Positions 35,091 through 46,858 of a DNA stretch of 64,000 nucleotides are shown here, in pieces. Origin of the DNA: Candidatus Eiseniibacteriota bacterium (lineage in GTDB: Bacteria; Eisenbacteria; RBG-16-71-46; CAIMUX01; VGJL01); assembly GCA_034679345.1 (NCBI GenBank), contig JAXDAY010000015.1, forward strand, positions 82,631-146,630, given 5' to 3'. The stretch's first letter is position 1, and each line of letters begins with the position of its first letter. Made by a program: the position numbers and the translations under genes. Under the pieces are notes generated by a model. It was not told the origin of the DNA and made no database searches. It saw only the letters and a list, made by a program, of their open reading frames with translations.

Positions 35091-35541
35091 ACGCCCGCAA
35101 CTTCGACATCTCCACATCGAGAACATGTGGAAACCTTGATCTCCACGGGACAGACCCTGATTCCACATTGCAGAGGCCAGCGAATCGACAGTGGTGGTTG
35201 TCCTGTAATGTATTGTCATTCAATAAGTTACATGTATTCATTCCTGAAGTCCACACTCTCCACGCTCCTACGGCTACGGCTAGTCTTGTTAATTCTAGAA
35301 CCAGTTCTCGGAACATTCGGCCAAGCCCTCCGGCCGGTCTTGCCTTTGCATAGAGCAGTTCGTACCATAGAGATCTTGGGAATCCATCCGCAGATTTTGG
35401 GGCGGAATGCGACTCGATGGAAAGGATGGATTGCACGGCCGACCCCGACAGGGAGCGCGTTCCGCGCATGAAACCCTCTATTGGACCTAGGGATGAGGCG
35501 CGTCGGTGCCGCCCGGCCCATGTGACGGCACAAGTGAGGTC
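35091..35541. other. Candidate oriC (DnaA-box cluster plus AT-rich unwinding element) in the dnaA-dnaN spacer
   Basis: TCCACA/TGTGGAA-core boxes at about 35108-35116, 35126-35134, 35159-35167 and 35247-35255. 35201-35250 is 30% GC (hand count) against a roughly 66% background. Gene-strand polarity flips around this locus. Confidence 0.55.
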
Positions 35542-36699
35542 ATGATGGACTTTTCCGTCGTGCAGAGTGAGCTTCTCCGGACACTTCAGCTCGTTGGCTC
35601 GGTTGTTCCGGCCAAGAGCGTGCTTCAGAGCGTTCTCTCGTCCGTCCTGATTCGAGCTACGGATGATGGGCGGGTCAGGCTCGAAGGAACCGACGGCGAT
35701 CAGTACCTCCGGACCGAGCTACGGGCCACGGTGGAGTCGCCCGGGATCGTCGCAGTCCAGGGCCGCAGGTTCTTGGAGATCGTCAAGGAACTGCCAGCGA
35801 GCACAATTCGGCTGCGGCTGAAGGGAAACTCCCTCGAGGTTGTTTGCGGGCAAGGCAAGTTTCGGCTCGTCACCCGCAGCGCCGACGACTTCCCTGTGCT
35901 TCCGGAAGTTCCGGACTCGAAGAAGGTAGACATTCCACCGGCGGAACTCGAGCGACTGATCCGAAGGACGGGGTACGCCGTCGCCACGGATGAGTCGCGT
36001 CTCGAGCTGACCGGAGTTCTCATCGAATCTCGAGGCTCGGAGCTCCGCTTCGTCGGAACCGATGGGCACCGACTCGCTCGCGCCTCGTTCGCTACCGCGA
36101 CGCAGGGAGAGTGGAAGATCCTTGTTCCGCCGAGAACGCTCTCTACCGTCCAGAAGCTGCTCTCCGATTCGGATGGGAATGTCCGAGTCTCGGCAGACAG
36201 CCGGCACGTGAGGTTCGATGTTGGGCCAAGCCAGCTGATTGGCAGGTTGCTCGGAGGGGAGTACCCGAACTACGAGCGGGTGATCCCCACGGGCAATGAT
36301 CTCAAGGCGATCGTCCGAAGCGATGCCTTGCTGGCCGGCGTGCGAAGGGTCGGCATCTTCAGCGACAGCTTCACGAAGCGAGTGACCCTGGGACTGGAGA
36401 CGGGAAAACTGCGCATCTCGGTCCAGACACAGGACATCGGCGAAGCCGAGGAGGAGATCGAGGCGAGGTACGAGGGGGAGACGATCCGGATCAGCTACAA
36501 CGCTGCATACATGATCGAGATGCTGCGCACGATGGAGTCCGAGGAAGTGGAGATGGCCTTCAAGGGATCGAACCTCGCAGGCGTCTTTCAGCCGGCGGGG
36601 CCGGCGGGCGGGGATCTCCTGTGCCTGGTTATGCCGTTGAGGCTCCCCGATGAGGAGCCGGCGGCCTCTGGGGCGAAGACGGATGGCGGGTTGCGGTAG
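35542..36699 (+). CDS. dnaN: DNA polymerase III beta sliding clamp
   Basis: MMDFSVVQSELLRTLQLVGSVVP... with three-domain clamp organisation (LEVVCGQGKFRLVTRSADDFP, LTGVLIE...LRFVGTDGHRLA, CLVMPLRL). ATG 35542 follows GTGAGGT. Confidence 0.95.
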   Translation: MMDFSVVQSELLRTLQLVGSVVPAKSVLQSVLSSVLIRATDDGRVRLEGTDGDQYLRTELRATVESPGIVAVQGRRFLEIVKELPASTIRLRLKGNSLEVVCGQGKFRLVTRSADDFPVLPEVPDSKKVDIPPAELERLIRRTGYAVATDESRLELTGVLIESRGSELRFVGTDGHRLARASFATATQGEWKILVPPRTLSTVQKLLSDSDGNVRVSADSRHVRFDVGPSQLIGRLLGGEYPNYERVIPTGNDLKAIVRSDALLAGVRRVGIFSDSFTKRVTLGLETGKLRISVQTQDIGEAEEEIEARYEGETIRISYNAAYMIEMLRTMESEEVEMAFKGSNLAGVFQPAGPAGGDLLCLVMPLRLPDEEPAASGAKTDGGLR

Positions 36700-36700
36700 G

Positions 36701-38967
<2,267 letters not shown>

Positions 38968-39009
38968 GACCGTAAGGCCGCCGCGGGCGGCGGAGAGATC
39001 CGAAGAGAT

Positions 39010-41463
39010 ATGGAGAATCGAACCGAGAAGCTCGTCCCCGTCACGATCGAGGACGAGATGAAGTCCTCGTACATCGACTATTCGATGAGCGTCATCGTCT
39101 CCCGGGCACTGCCGGACGCCAGAGATGGGCTGAAGCCGGTGCACAGACGGATCATGGTCGCAATGAACGATCTCTCGCTCTACCACGACCGTCCTTACCG
39201 GAAGAGCGCGAAGATCACGGGAGACGTGACGGGCAACTACCATCCCCACGGGACGGTGGCCGTCTACGACACGATGGTTCGGATGGTGCAGGGCTTCTCG
39301 CTCCGGTATCCGTTGCTGGACGGGCAGGGGAACTTCGGTTCGGTCGACGGCGACGCCGCCGCGGCCGAGCGCTACACAGAAGCGCGGATGTCCCGGGTCG
39401 CCGAAGAGATGCTCCGCGATCTCGAGAAGGAGACAGTCGGCTACCGGCCGAACTACGACGAGACGCGGATGGAGCCGGTCGTGTTGCCGGCTGCGTTTCC
39501 GAACCTGCTGGCCAACGGATCGAGCGGGATCGCGGTGGGGATGGCCACGAACATTCCGCCGCACAACTTGACCGAGACCATCGGGGCGCTGGTCTACCTG
39601 ATCGACAATCCGGAGTGCGGAATCGACGACCTGATGCAATTCATCCAGGGGCCGGATTTCCCCACTGCGGGGATCATCTATGGGCGCCAGGGGATCCGTG
39701 ACGCCTATCACAACGGCCAGGGGCACATCGTGGTCAGGGCCCGCGCGACGATCGACACCCTTCGCAACGGCAAGGACGCAATCATCGTGACCGAGGTCCC
39801 GTACATGGTGAACAAGGCGGCCCTCGTCGAGAGGATCGCGTCCCTCGTGAAGGAGGGGGAGATCGCGGGGATCTCCGATATCCGGGACGAATCGGATCGC
39901 GAGGGGATGCGCGTCGTCGTCGAGCTGAAGCGCGATTCCCAACCTCGCGTCGTATTGAACCAGCTCTACAAGCACACCCAGATGCAGAGCACGTTCGGCG
40001 CGAACATGCTCGCCTTGGTCAACAACCGGCCGAGGGTCCTGAATCTGAAGGAGCTTCTGCAAGTTTTCATCGACCATCGGATCGAAGTGGTCGAGAAGCG
40101 AACGAGGTTCGACCTGGCGCAGGCCGAGAGACGAGCCCACATCCTGGAGGGGTACCGCATCGCGCTGGATCACATCGATGAGGTGATCACGCTCATCCGG
40201 GCATCAGCGGATACCGAGGCGGCGCGGACGGGACTGATGGATAGGTTCGGGCTCAGCCAGGAACAGGCGAACGCGATCCTCGAAATGAGGCTGCAGCGGT
40301 TGACCGGCCTGGAGCGGAAGAAGATCGACGAGGAGTACGCGGAGATCATTGAGAGGATCGACTACTACCGCAAGGTGCTCGAGAGCCGGACGATGGTCCT
40401 GAAGATCATCAAGGACGAGCTCACGGCGATCGGCGATAGCTTCGGAGACGCCCGGCGCACGGAGATCGTCGCAGGCGAGGAGGTCGGCGGCTTCGAGGCG
40501 GAGGATCTGATCCCAGACGAGGACGTGGTCATCACGATCAGCCATCTCGGCTACATCAAGCGCGTTCCCATGGCCAGCTACCGGAGCCAGCATCGCGGGG
40601 GGAAGGGGCTGACAGGCACGGCCAAGAAGGACGACGACTGGGTCGAGCATCTTTTCGTCGCGTCGACGCACAGCTACCTCCTGCTGTTCACGAATCGCGG
40701 AAGGTGCCATTGGCTGAAGGTGCACGAGATTCCGCAGGCAGCGCGAGCCGCGAGGGGCCGGTCGATCCTGAACGTCGTCCAGATCGGGCGCGAGGACCGG
40801 ATCACGGCGTTCGTGCCCGTTCGCAGGTTCGACGACGGGAACTTTCTGATCCTCTCCACGCGGCTGGGGCGGATCAAGAAGACCCCCCTGCGCGCCTACT
40901 CGAACCCCAGACGGGCCGGAATCCAGGCCATCGTCCTGCAGGAGGGAGACACGCTGATTGAGGCCGCTCTGACCGACGGCAACCGGGAGATCGTTCTCGC
41001 GACGAAGTGCGGGAAGGCGATTCGCTTCGAGGAGTCCAGGGCGCGGCCGATGGGGCGCGTCTCCGCCGGCGTCCGCGGCGTGACCCTTCGGGGTCCAGAC
41101 GACGCCGTCGTGGGGATGGTCGTGCTCGAGGATCCCGAGCTGACGCTGCTCACGGTGACGGAGCACGGATACGGGAAGAGGAGCCGGATCGAGGATTACC
41201 GCGTGACCGGGCGCGGTGGAATGGGAGTCCTCAACGTCAGGATATCCAAACGCAACGGCAACGTCGTTGCGATCAAGGCAGTGGGCGACCGGGATGAGCT
41301 GATGGTCATGAGCCAGGGGGGGCAGGTGATCCGGCTCAGGCTCTCGCAGGTCGCCGTGCAGGGAAGAGCCACCCAGGGCGTGCGGTTGATCCATCTCGAG
41401 GACGACGACCGCGTAACCGACGTCGCGACGATCGTCGTGGGCGAAGAGGTGGATGGAGAATGA
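39010..41463 (+). CDS. gyrA: DNA gyrase subunit A
   Basis: EDEMKSSYIDYSMSVIVSRALPDARDGLKPVHRR, the active-site region AAAERYTEARM, the GyrA box and C-terminal beta-pinwheel repeats. Confidence 0.97.
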   Translation: MENRTEKLVPVTIEDEMKSSYIDYSMSVIVSRALPDARDGLKPVHRRIMVAMNDLSLYHDRPYRKSAKITGDVTGNYHPHGTVAVYDTMVRMVQGFSLRYPLLDGQGNFGSVDGDAAAAERYTEARMSRVAEEMLRDLEKETVGYRPNYDETRMEPVVLPAAFPNLLANGSSGIAVGMATNIPPHNLTETIGALVYLIDNPECGIDDLMQFIQGPDFPTAGIIYGRQGIRDAYHNGQGHIVVRARATIDTLRNGKDAIIVTEVPYMVNKAALVERIASLVKEGEIAGISDIRDESDREGMRVVVELKRDSQPRVVLNQLYKHTQMQSTFGANMLALVNNRPRVLNLKELLQVFIDHRIEVVEKRTRFDLAQAERRAHILEGYRIALDHIDEVITLIRASADTEAARTGLMDRFGLSQEQANAILEMRLQRLTGLERKKIDEEYAEIIERIDYYRKVLESRTMVLKIIKDELTAIGDSFGDARRTEIVAGEEVGGFEAEDLIPDEDVVITISHLGYIKRVPMASYRSQHRGGKGLTGTAKKDDDWVEHLFVASTHSYLLLFTNRGRCHWLKVHEIPQAARAARGRSILNVVQIGREDRITAFVPVRRFDDGNFLILSTRLGRIKKTPLRAYSNPRRAGIQAIVLQEGDTLIEAALTDGNREIVLATKCGKAIRFEESRARPMGRVSAGVRGVTLRGPDDAVVGMVVLEDPELTLLTVTEHGYGKRSRIEDYRVTGRGGMGVLNVRISKRNGNVVAIKAVGDRDELMVMSQGGQVIRLRLSQVAVQGRATQGVRLIHLEDDDRVTDVATIVVGEEVDGE

Positions 41464-41512
41464 CCGAGACGAAGCGGATTCGTCCCTCGGGCGAACCAGG
41501 GAAGGACCGAAG

Positions 41513-42166
41513 ATGGATATAGCTGCCACGAAGACCTTGGGGCCAAAGATCTCCGACTATACGGTGCGGAGGCTCTCGATCTACTACCGGATCCTGGAGG
41601 AACTGGAACGGTCGGGTACGGAGGTCGTTTCCTCCGCTGCGCTGGCCGACTACGCGGGAACGAATTCCGCGCAGATCCGGAAAGATCTCTCCTACTTCGG
41701 CAACTTCGGAAAGCGCGGCAGGGGATACCGCGTGACGGTTCTCAAGGATGAGATCAAGGCCATCCTCGGCCTGCACCGCGTCTGGAAGGTCGTCCTCGCC
41801 GGCGCCGGGAACCTGGGACACGCGCTCTACTCGTACAAGGATTTTGCGAAGCACGGCTTTCAGATCGTCGCCGTCTTCGATATCGATCCGCAGAAGATCG
41901 GCCAGATGTGGGACGGCGTTCCGATCCACGACATCGCCGCGTGCGACGACATCGTGAAGAAGACGGGAGCCGAGCTCGCGATCCTGGCGACGCCGAGCAC
42001 CTCCGCCCAGGACGCCTTCGACCGCTTGAAGAGGGCCGGTATCCGGGCATTCCTCAACTTCGCCCCGCGCAAGATCGAGGTCCCCGCGGCGATGCGCCTG
42101 CGCAACGTGGATATCACGATCGAGCTCGAGGGGCTCACCTACGCCCTTCATTCCTCACGCCGGTGA
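41513..42166 (+). CDS. rex: Redox-sensing transcriptional repressor Rex (canonical)
   Basis: ISDYTVRRLSIYYRILEEL...SSAALADYAGTNSAQIRKDLSYFGNFGKRGRGYRV, the Rossmann motif LAGAGNLGHAL and ILNFAP-type FLNFAPRKIEVP. ATG 41513 has a GGAAGGA RBS. Confidence 0.9.
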   Translation: MDIAATKTLGPKISDYTVRRLSIYYRILEELERSGTEVVSSAALADYAGTNSAQIRKDLSYFGNFGKRGRGYRVTVLKDEIKAILGLHRVWKVVLAGAGNLGHALYSYKDFAKHGFQIVAVFDIDPQKIGQMWDGVPIHDIAACDDIVKKTGAELAILATPSTSAQDAFDRLKRAGIRAFLNFAPRKIEVPAAMRLRNVDITIELEGLTYALHSSRR

Positions 42167-42186
42167 GGGCTCGGGCTGGAGGGCGC

Positions 42187-45100
42187 ATGTTTCGTCCGGT
42201 GGATCCGAAGGAAGACTTCATCCGTCTCGAACACAGGATCCTCGCGTTCTGGCGCGAGCGCGGAATCTTCGAGCAAAGGGTTGCGCTGAACGCCGGACGG
42301 GACCGGTGGGCATTCATCGACGGCCCGATCACCGCCAACAACCCGATGGGCGTCCATCACGCCTGGGGGCGGACCTACAAGGACGTCTTCCAGCGGCTGA
42401 TGGCGATGCGTGGTTTCGACCAGCGGTATCAGAACGGTTTCGACTGCCAGGGGCTCTGGCTCGAGGTCGAGACGGAGAAGGACCTCGGGTTCAACTCGAA
42501 GCGAGACATCGAGAACTTCGGGCTCGACAACTTCTCGCGCGCATGCCGGGCGCGCGTGGATCGCTTCAGCGCGATCCAGACCACGCAGTCGATCCGTCTC
42601 GGACAATGGATGCACTGGGATCAGTCGTACTACACGATGTCGGATACGAACATCGAGTACATCTGGCAATTCCTCAAGGTCTGCCGGGAGAAGGGGTGGC
42701 TCTACGAGGGGCACAAGGCGATGCCTTGGTGCACCCGCTGCGGCACGAGCCTGTCGCAGCATGAGCTGGCGGACGGCTACGAGCTCGTCAGCGACACATC
42801 GGTCTTTCTCCGGTTCCCCCTCATCGACCGCCCGGGCGAGTCGCTCCTCGTATGGACAACCACGCCGTGGACCCTCACATCCAATGTCGCCGCGGCCGTG
42901 AATCCGGATCTCGAGTACGCGCGCGTGGCCATCGATGGGGAGAGCTACTACGCGAGCGCCGGAGCCGCAGAGGCCGTCTTCAAGGGGAAGGGTGAAACGC
43001 TTGGCAGAGTGCGCGGATCGGAGATGGTCGGGTGGAGGTACCGGGGGCCGTTCGACGATCTGGAGGTGGCCGCGGGGATCGAGCATCGCGTGATCCCGTG
43101 GTCGGAGGTTGGGGAGGAAGAGGGAACGGGGATCGTCCACATCGCTCCGGGATGCGGTGAGGAAGACAATCTCCTGGGCAAGGAGCATGGGCTCCGGGTG
43201 ATCGCTCCCCTCGACGAGTACGGCATCTACCTGGCCGGATTCGGCTGGCTCACCGGCAAGGACGTCCACGACGTGGAGAAACCGATCCTCGAAGACCTGA
43301 AGAAGAAGGGGGTTTTCTTCCGCCAGGAGACGTACCAGCACCGCTATCCCCACTGCTGGAGATGCAAGGAGAAGCTCGTATTCCGCGTCGAGGACGAATG
43401 GTTCATCGCCTGCGACGAGATTCGGCCGTTGATGAAGGCCCAAGCCGACGAAGTCCTCTGGTACCCTGAATCGGTCGGGAAACGGGTCCAAGACTGGTAC
43501 AACAACATGGGAGACTGGTGCATCTCCCGCAAGCGATACTGGGGACTACCACTGCCGTTTTACCACTGCCAGGCCGGGCACTGGACGATCATCGGCACGG
43601 TGGAGGAGCTGAAGTCGCGCGCGCTCGATCCTGCCGCAGTCGATCGCCTGCCGGAACTGCATCGGCCGTGGATCGACGAGATCAAGATCCGCTGCGCCGA
43701 GTGCTCCGAGCCCTCGGAGAGGATCCACGACGTAGGCGATTGCTGGCTCGATGCGGGAATCGTCCCATTCTCGACATTGAGGTATCACGAGGACCGGGCC
43801 TACTGGCTGCGGTGGTTCCCGTCAGAGCTCGTCTGCGAGATGCGTGAGCAGGTGCGGCTCTGGTTCTACTCGATGATGTTCATGTCGGTGACGCTCGAGG
43901 GGCGCGCGCCCTACCGCAAGGTCTTCGCCTACGAGAAGGTGCACGACGAGAACAACGAGCCGATGCACAAGAGCCGGGGCAACGCCATCTGGTTCGACGA
44001 TGCCGTGGAGAAGATGGGCGCCGACGTGATGCGATGGCTCTACTGCGCTCAGAACCCTCAGTTCAATCTTCGGTTCGGCTACCATGTCGCCGATGAGATC
44101 CGCCGGAAACTGATCACTCTTTGGAACGTCTACGGCTTTCTTGTGACATACGCCGAGCTCGACGGATTCGATCCGTGCAGGGCCGCCATCGATGAGACAC
44201 TTGGGCGAAGCCCGAACATCCTGGATCGGTGGATTCTATCCTCCCTCCACGGGCTGGTGGGGGAGTTCGCCGCCCGGCTCGATCGATACGAGGTGGACGG
44301 GGCGATCCGGCTTGCGGAGCAGTTCGTCGACGATCTTTCCACCTGGTACGTGAGACGAAGCCGCCGGCGGTTCTGGCGCGAGGGCGAGGACGAGGACAAG
44401 CTCTTCGCCTACAGGACTCTGCACCATGTGTTGACGACTTACTGCCGGCTCGTCGCTCCGATCATCCCATTCCTGAGTGAGGAGATCTGGCGCAACTTGA
44501 CCGCGCCGCAGCGCGAGGCGGACCTGGCCCCCGAGAGCGTGCACCTGACGGCCTACCCCGAGCCGCGGGCCGACCTCGTGGATGCCGTCGTCGACCGTCA
44601 AATGGAGTGGATCCTGCGTGCCGTGCGCCTGGGGCGCGCGGCGAGGGAGAAAGTGCAGATCCGGGTCCGTCAGCCCCTGGCGACCCTCTGGCTGGTGCCG
44701 CTCGCAGGCAGGCTTCCGAAGCTCGACGACGGGATGCTCCTCGAGCTGCGGGAAGAGCTGAACGTGAAGGAGATCCGCTCGGATCGTCCGGCGGAGGAGC
44801 TGGGGAGCGCCACCGTGCGGCTCAACTTCCCCGTTCTCGGGAAGCGAGTGGGTCCCGCAGTCAAGACGATTCAGGCAATCGTGAAAGAGGGGCGTTGGGA
44901 GACGATCGCCGGGGATCGTCTTCGAGTCGGGGAGCACGAGCTCGAGGCCGAGGAGTACGAGCTCGCCTACCAGCCAAGAGCCGGCGTAGCGCTCGCCTAT
45001 GACCACAATCTGCTCGTCGCCGTCGACACCGAGATATCCGAGGGGCTTCGCCTCGAGGGCTATGCCCGCGAGACGATCCGCGGCATCCAGGACCTGCGCA

Positions 45101-45309
45101 AGAAGGCTGGATACGCCGTGGAGGATCGGATCGTTCTTCGATGCGAGGGCGAGGGGAAGACGATCGGCCGGCTCATGTCGGAGTTCGGAACCGTCATCGC
45201 GGATGAGACGCTCGCCACGCGCATCGAGCCAGGCAAGGGACCGGTGGACCAAGAGTGCACGATCGCGCTGGGAGAGGGGCAATCCCTTTGGGTCGGCGTT
45301 CGACGATAG
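42187..45309 (+). CDS. ileS: Isoleucine--tRNA ligase (long Thermus/archaeal-like type)
   Basis: MFRPVDPKEDFIRLEHRILAFWRERGIFEQ, a class-I Rossmann core, a CP1 editing domain and WCISRKRYWGLPLP. The signature motifs are variant (see findings). The track ORF start at 41908 is an upstream extension overlapping rex. Confidence 0.93.
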   Translation: MFRPVDPKEDFIRLEHRILAFWRERGIFEQRVALNAGRDRWAFIDGPITANNPMGVHHAWGRTYKDVFQRLMAMRGFDQRYQNGFDCQGLWLEVETEKDLGFNSKRDIENFGLDNFSRACRARVDRFSAIQTTQSIRLGQWMHWDQSYYTMSDTNIEYIWQFLKVCREKGWLYEGHKAMPWCTRCGTSLSQHELADGYELVSDTSVFLRFPLIDRPGESLLVWTTTPWTLTSNVAAAVNPDLEYARVAIDGESYYASAGAAEAVFKGKGETLGRVRGSEMVGWRYRGPFDDLEVAAGIEHRVIPWSEVGEEEGTGIVHIAPGCGEEDNLLGKEHGLRVIAPLDEYGIYLAGFGWLTGKDVHDVEKPILEDLKKKGVFFRQETYQHRYPHCWRCKEKLVFRVEDEWFIACDEIRPLMKAQADEVLWYPESVGKRVQDWYNNMGDWCISRKRYWGLPLPFYHCQAGHWTIIGTVEELKSRALDPAAVDRLPELHRPWIDEIKIRCAECSEPSERIHDVGDCWLDAGIVPFSTLRYHEDRAYWLRWFPSELVCEMREQVRLWFYSMMFMSVTLEGRAPYRKVFAYEKVHDENNEPMHKSRGNAIWFDDAVEKMGADVMRWLYCAQNPQFNLRFGYHVADEIRRKLITLWNVYGFLVTYAELDGFDPCRAAIDETLGRSPNILDRWILSSLHGLVGEFAARLDRYEVDGAIRLAEQFVDDLSTWYVRRSRRRFWREGEDEDKLFAYRTLHHVLTTYCRLVAPIIPFLSEEIWRNLTAPQREADLAPESVHLTAYPEPRADLVDAVVDRQMEWILRAVRLGRAAREKVQIRVRQPLATLWLVPLAGRLPKLDDGMLLELREELNVKEIRSDRPAEELGSATVRLNFPVLGKRVGPAVKTIQAIVKEGRWETIAGDRLRVGEHELEAEEYELAYQPRAGVALAYDHNLLVAVDTEISEGLRLEGYARETIRGIQDLRKKAGYAVEDRIVLRCEGEGKTIGRLMSEFGTVIADETLATRIEPGKGPVDQECTIALGEGQSLWVGVRR

Positions 45310-46085
45310 CCGTCGTCGTCGCGCTCCTCCTCAGCCCCGTTCTCTTTGTTGGGCCGTCCCGGGCGATCGATCGCTTTCCCGATCCCGTCGGCTACGTGAA
45401 CGACTTCGGGAATGTCCTCGACGCCGCGGAGACCGACCGGCTCGAGCGATTCCTCCGGGGGATCGACCGGCTCTCGGACGTGCAGATGGTGCTCGTCACC
45501 CTGGAGAGCCTGGAGGGAGAGGCCGTCGAGGATGTGGCTGTCCGCCTCTACGCCCAATGGGGAATCGGCGCGAAAGAGACACACCGCGGACTCCTGCTCC
45601 TCGATGCGATCGAGGATCGAAAGGTCCGCGTCGAGGTCGGCTATGGCCTCGAAGGAGCGCTTCCAGATGCCCGTGCCGGGAGGATCCTCGATTCCGACGC
45701 CGTGCCGCTGCTCCGGGATGGCCGGCGCGCGGAGGCGTATGGGGCGGCACTCCGCAGCCTGGCGGAGATCGCCGTCGCCGAGGCCGGAGTGGATCCTTCA
45801 GTTCTCGATTCTCTCGATGCTGGTCTCGCTCCTCCCGCACGCCGATCCTCCGGAGGCCGTGAGGGATCCAAGGTCGCGATCCTTGTCGGTGTCATCATCC
45901 TGATCCTCATTCTCTCGTTCATCGCTCGAGGCTCGAGTTACACCGGGCCGGGCGCGGGGGGACGTGGAGGCTGGATGGGCGGGTCTGGCGGCTTCGGGGG
46001 ATACGGTGGAGGTCGAGGAGGCGGCGGCTTCGGAGGATTCGGGGGAGGGATGAGCGGGGGCGGAGGCGCGTCGCGAGGCTACTGA
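45288..46085 (+). CDS. TPM-domain (YgcG-like) membrane protein with a Gly-rich C-terminal tail
   Basis: Signal peptide, then FPDPVGYVNDFGNVLD...VQMVLVTLESLEGE...YAQWGIGAKETHRGLLLLDAIEDRKVRVEVGYGLEG, a TM helix and a GGxGG tail. The start is TTG 45288 or GTG 45255. Confidence 0.8.
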   Translation: MGRRSTIAVVVALLLSPVLFVGPSRAIDRFPDPVGYVNDFGNVLDAAETDRLERFLRGIDRLSDVQMVLVTLESLEGEAVEDVAVRLYAQWGIGAKETHRGLLLLDAIEDRKVRVEVGYGLEGALPDARAGRILDSDAVPLLRDGRRAEAYGAALRSLAEIAVAEAGVDPSVLDSLDAGLAPPARRSSGGREGSKVAILVGVIILILILSFIARGSSYTGPGAGGRGGWMGGSGGFGGYGGGRGGGGFGGFGGGMSGGGGASRGY

Positions 46086-46099
46086 GGAGGATTGGCCCG

Positions 46100-46822
46100 A
46101 TGGCAGAGGCACTCGAGTCGGTAATCGATCGGTTCGTGCGGGAGGTAGAGGAGGAGACGGGCGCAGGGCTCGAAGCGATCGTCCTTTATGGGAGCGCGAG
46201 CTCGCAGGCATTCGTGCCGGGCAGGAGCGATCTGAACTTCCTCATCGTCCTCGCGCGGGTCGAGATGGCTGTCCTCGACGGCTTCCAGAAGCGGATGAAG
46301 GCGTGGAGACGCAAGCGGATCGCGGCCCCCCTCGTCGTGGATCGAGCGTTCCTCCTCTCGTCTACAGACTCGTATCCCCTGGAGATCCTCGGGATGATGG
46401 CCTCGTACCGGCTCCTTCGCGGGAGTGATCCCTTCGACGGTCTCGTCCTGAAACGCGAGGAGGTGCGGCTTCAAGCGGAGCGCGAGGCGAGGGTGAAGGG
46501 GCTGTTGCTGCGCTCGATCCGCATCGAGAGCGGCGGCAACGAACGCGAGCTGCGGGGCGCTCTTGCCGCATCCGTCACGGCCATGGATGCGATCCTGCAC
46601 GGGATCCTGTTCCTGACCGGCGCACACTGGAAGGAGCTTGGTGACGCTTTTCGCAAGCGCGGGGCGGAGGCGGCCGGGATCGATCCGTCGATTCAGCTTG
46701 AGGCCGCCGCATTGAGGAGGGGCGAGAGGAGGCCGAGCCACCTGGAGACCGTCCGCCTGTACGATCGGATGCTCGGCGCATTCGACGCTCTATCGGCTCG
46801 GCTCGACGAGATCGGGAAGTAG
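46100..46822 (+). CDS. Nucleotidyltransferase-fold (Pol-beta superfamily) domain protein, function unknown
   Basis: VLYGSASSQAFVPGRSDLNFLIV resembles the hG[GS]...SDxDhhh NTase motif with the second Asp replaced by Asn. About 140 aa of helical C-terminal region follows. Confidence 0.55.
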   Translation: MAEALESVIDRFVREVEEETGAGLEAIVLYGSASSQAFVPGRSDLNFLIVLARVEMAVLDGFQKRMKAWRRKRIAAPLVVDRAFLLSSTDSYPLEILGMMASYRLLRGSDPFDGLVLKREEVRLQAEREARVKGLLLRSIRIESGGNERELRGALAASVTAMDAILHGILFLTGAHWKELGDAFRKRGAEAAGIDPSIQLEAAALRRGERRPSHLETVRLYDRMLGAFDALSARLDEIGK

Positions 46823-46858
46823 GCTGCGCGAGCGGGTGCCCGTTCGCGAGGAGGGGAA

